A DNA stretch of 18,568 nt from the NCBI GenBank assembly GCA_039683575.1, contig JBDKRC010000120.1:1-18568 (forward strand), given 5' to 3'. This stretch comes from Armatimonadia bacterium (GTDB lineage Bacteria; Armatimonadota; Zipacnadia; Zipacnadales; UBA11051). This document shows positions 17,685 to 18,568 of the stretch, one piece after another (position 1 is the first letter of the stretch; every line of letters starts with the position of its first letter). A program made the translations under genes and the position numbers. The notes beneath the pieces are model-generated. The model searched no databases, had not been told where the DNA came from, and worked only from the letters and a program-made list of their open reading frames with translations.

Positions 17685-18417
17685 TCAGGAGAGGGTCAGT
17701 GCGCACCGGGACGGTTGGGGGGCTCCGCCAGTCCGCGACCGCTGCACCGGCTCCGTGCGCAGTGTACTGCTTGGAACGTCCGCTGGCCAGTATGGCAGCA
17801 GGCTGTCCTTGATGAGGTACGCAATTCGGGGCTGGCTGTGCAGGGCCGCAATGAGCCCGTCCACGAAGGCTTGCCAGTCGATGTGCTCCACTCGTGCCCG
17901 CAAGCCCGGCTCAAGCAGATGCAGATGGTTGAGCTTGCCAATCTTCCACGTATCAACATGGGGGGCCGCGTAGTCAATGAGAGCGAGGGCCTGATCTGGA
18001 TCGATGACCGGCTCCACCGACACCCACGTCCTGATCCCCGCGTTGTGCGCGATCTCAAGCGCGCGCAGACGATCCTCAATGGGTGACGCACCCGGTTCCC
18101 ACAGCTCGCGGTCCGTGTCATTCATGAAGACGATGGTCTGGCCCAGCCAGCCGCCGCCTTCGGTGAACAGCGCGAGGTCGTCCTCCATCGCCTGCAGTCC
18201 GTTCTTCGTGCAGACTTGCCAGGTCAGGCCGTACTCGTTGAGCATCTGCAGGGCTTGCCGGGTGATGCGGTGTTCCCGCTCCGCGGGCTGATAAGGGTCA
18301 GTCGTGAAAGACAGCAGGACGCGCTTCTTGCATCCGGCCTCGGCCAGCTTACAGCAGTCGCGCCCAAACTGCCGGATGATGTCTCGGCGAGGCTGGACGT
18401 CGTGGCGGAAGGAATCT
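17685..18417 (-). pseudogene. Radical SAM protein (SplB/Rv2578c-like), 5' end cut off by an ISL3 insertion
   Basis: The frame is open up to 18416: VLLSFTTDPYQPAE...TRQALQML...VCTK...WEPGASPIEDRLRAL..AH.AGIRTWVSVEPVID. The CxxxCxxC motif is absent and should lie beyond the IS. Confidence 0.8.
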
Positions 18418-18568
18418 GGCTCTTCCTCAATTAGTGTGGGCAGAACCTATTGACATGTCGTAAGTACGTGCTGCAGCGAGGGCAACTGTCCGCATCGCTG
18501 GAGTATTTTGAGCATGAAGAATTGGACGTCGCGGAAGCCGTAGGCGGTGCGCTTGATGACGTTGATGT
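18418..18568 (-). mobile_element. ISL3-family element, right end
   Basis: Terminal IR GGCTCTTCCTCAATTAGTGTGGG starts at 18418, directly after the transposase stop codon. Confidence 0.88.
18447..18568 (-). CDS. ISL3-family transposase, C-terminal 39 aa
   Basis: INVIKRTAYGFRDVQFFMLKILQRCG...* contains the IKR.AYGFR motif diagnostic of ISL3 transposases. Confidence 0.9.
   Translation of the reverse strand, partial: INVIKRTAYGFRDVQFFMLKILQRCGQLPSLQHVLTTCQ

Noticed and set aside
1-18568. CRISPR array, tRNA or rRNA
   Set aside because: No regularly spaced direct repeats or recognisable RNA gene sequence was seen.

Overview
GC-rich bacterial DNA, probably Armatimonadota (inferred from the [25 protein letters not shown] prepilin type and a FlgD-Ig-like remnant). 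The left half (1-10.2 kb, minus strand) is a surface-structure cluster read right to left: a small pilin-like gene, a terminator, a sigma70-type promoter flanked by an (ATG)6 repeat, a type IV prepilin, two paralogous proteins with donor-strand (CFA/I, Csu, WxL-like) pilin signatures, a tandem-duplicated chaperone-like protein, a secretin, and two paralogous secreted proteins (one with a beta-helix and Ig-like domains, one cut by the window edge). No usher is present in the window, so this may be a chaperone-plus-secretin pilus system, which is the main candidate novelty. The middle holds two receiver-domain proteins lacking the phospho-acceptor Asp and a stand-alone LuxR HTH. The right part is decayed: a triple-frameshifted NlpC/P60-like plus LGFP-repeat gene, a nuclease-ATPase (Avs-like) defence gene whose middle is replaced by a 219-bp IS21 left-end fragment, and a radical SAM gene interrupted by an ISL3 element at the window edge. 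All family assignments come from motif recognition by eye, with no database searches.
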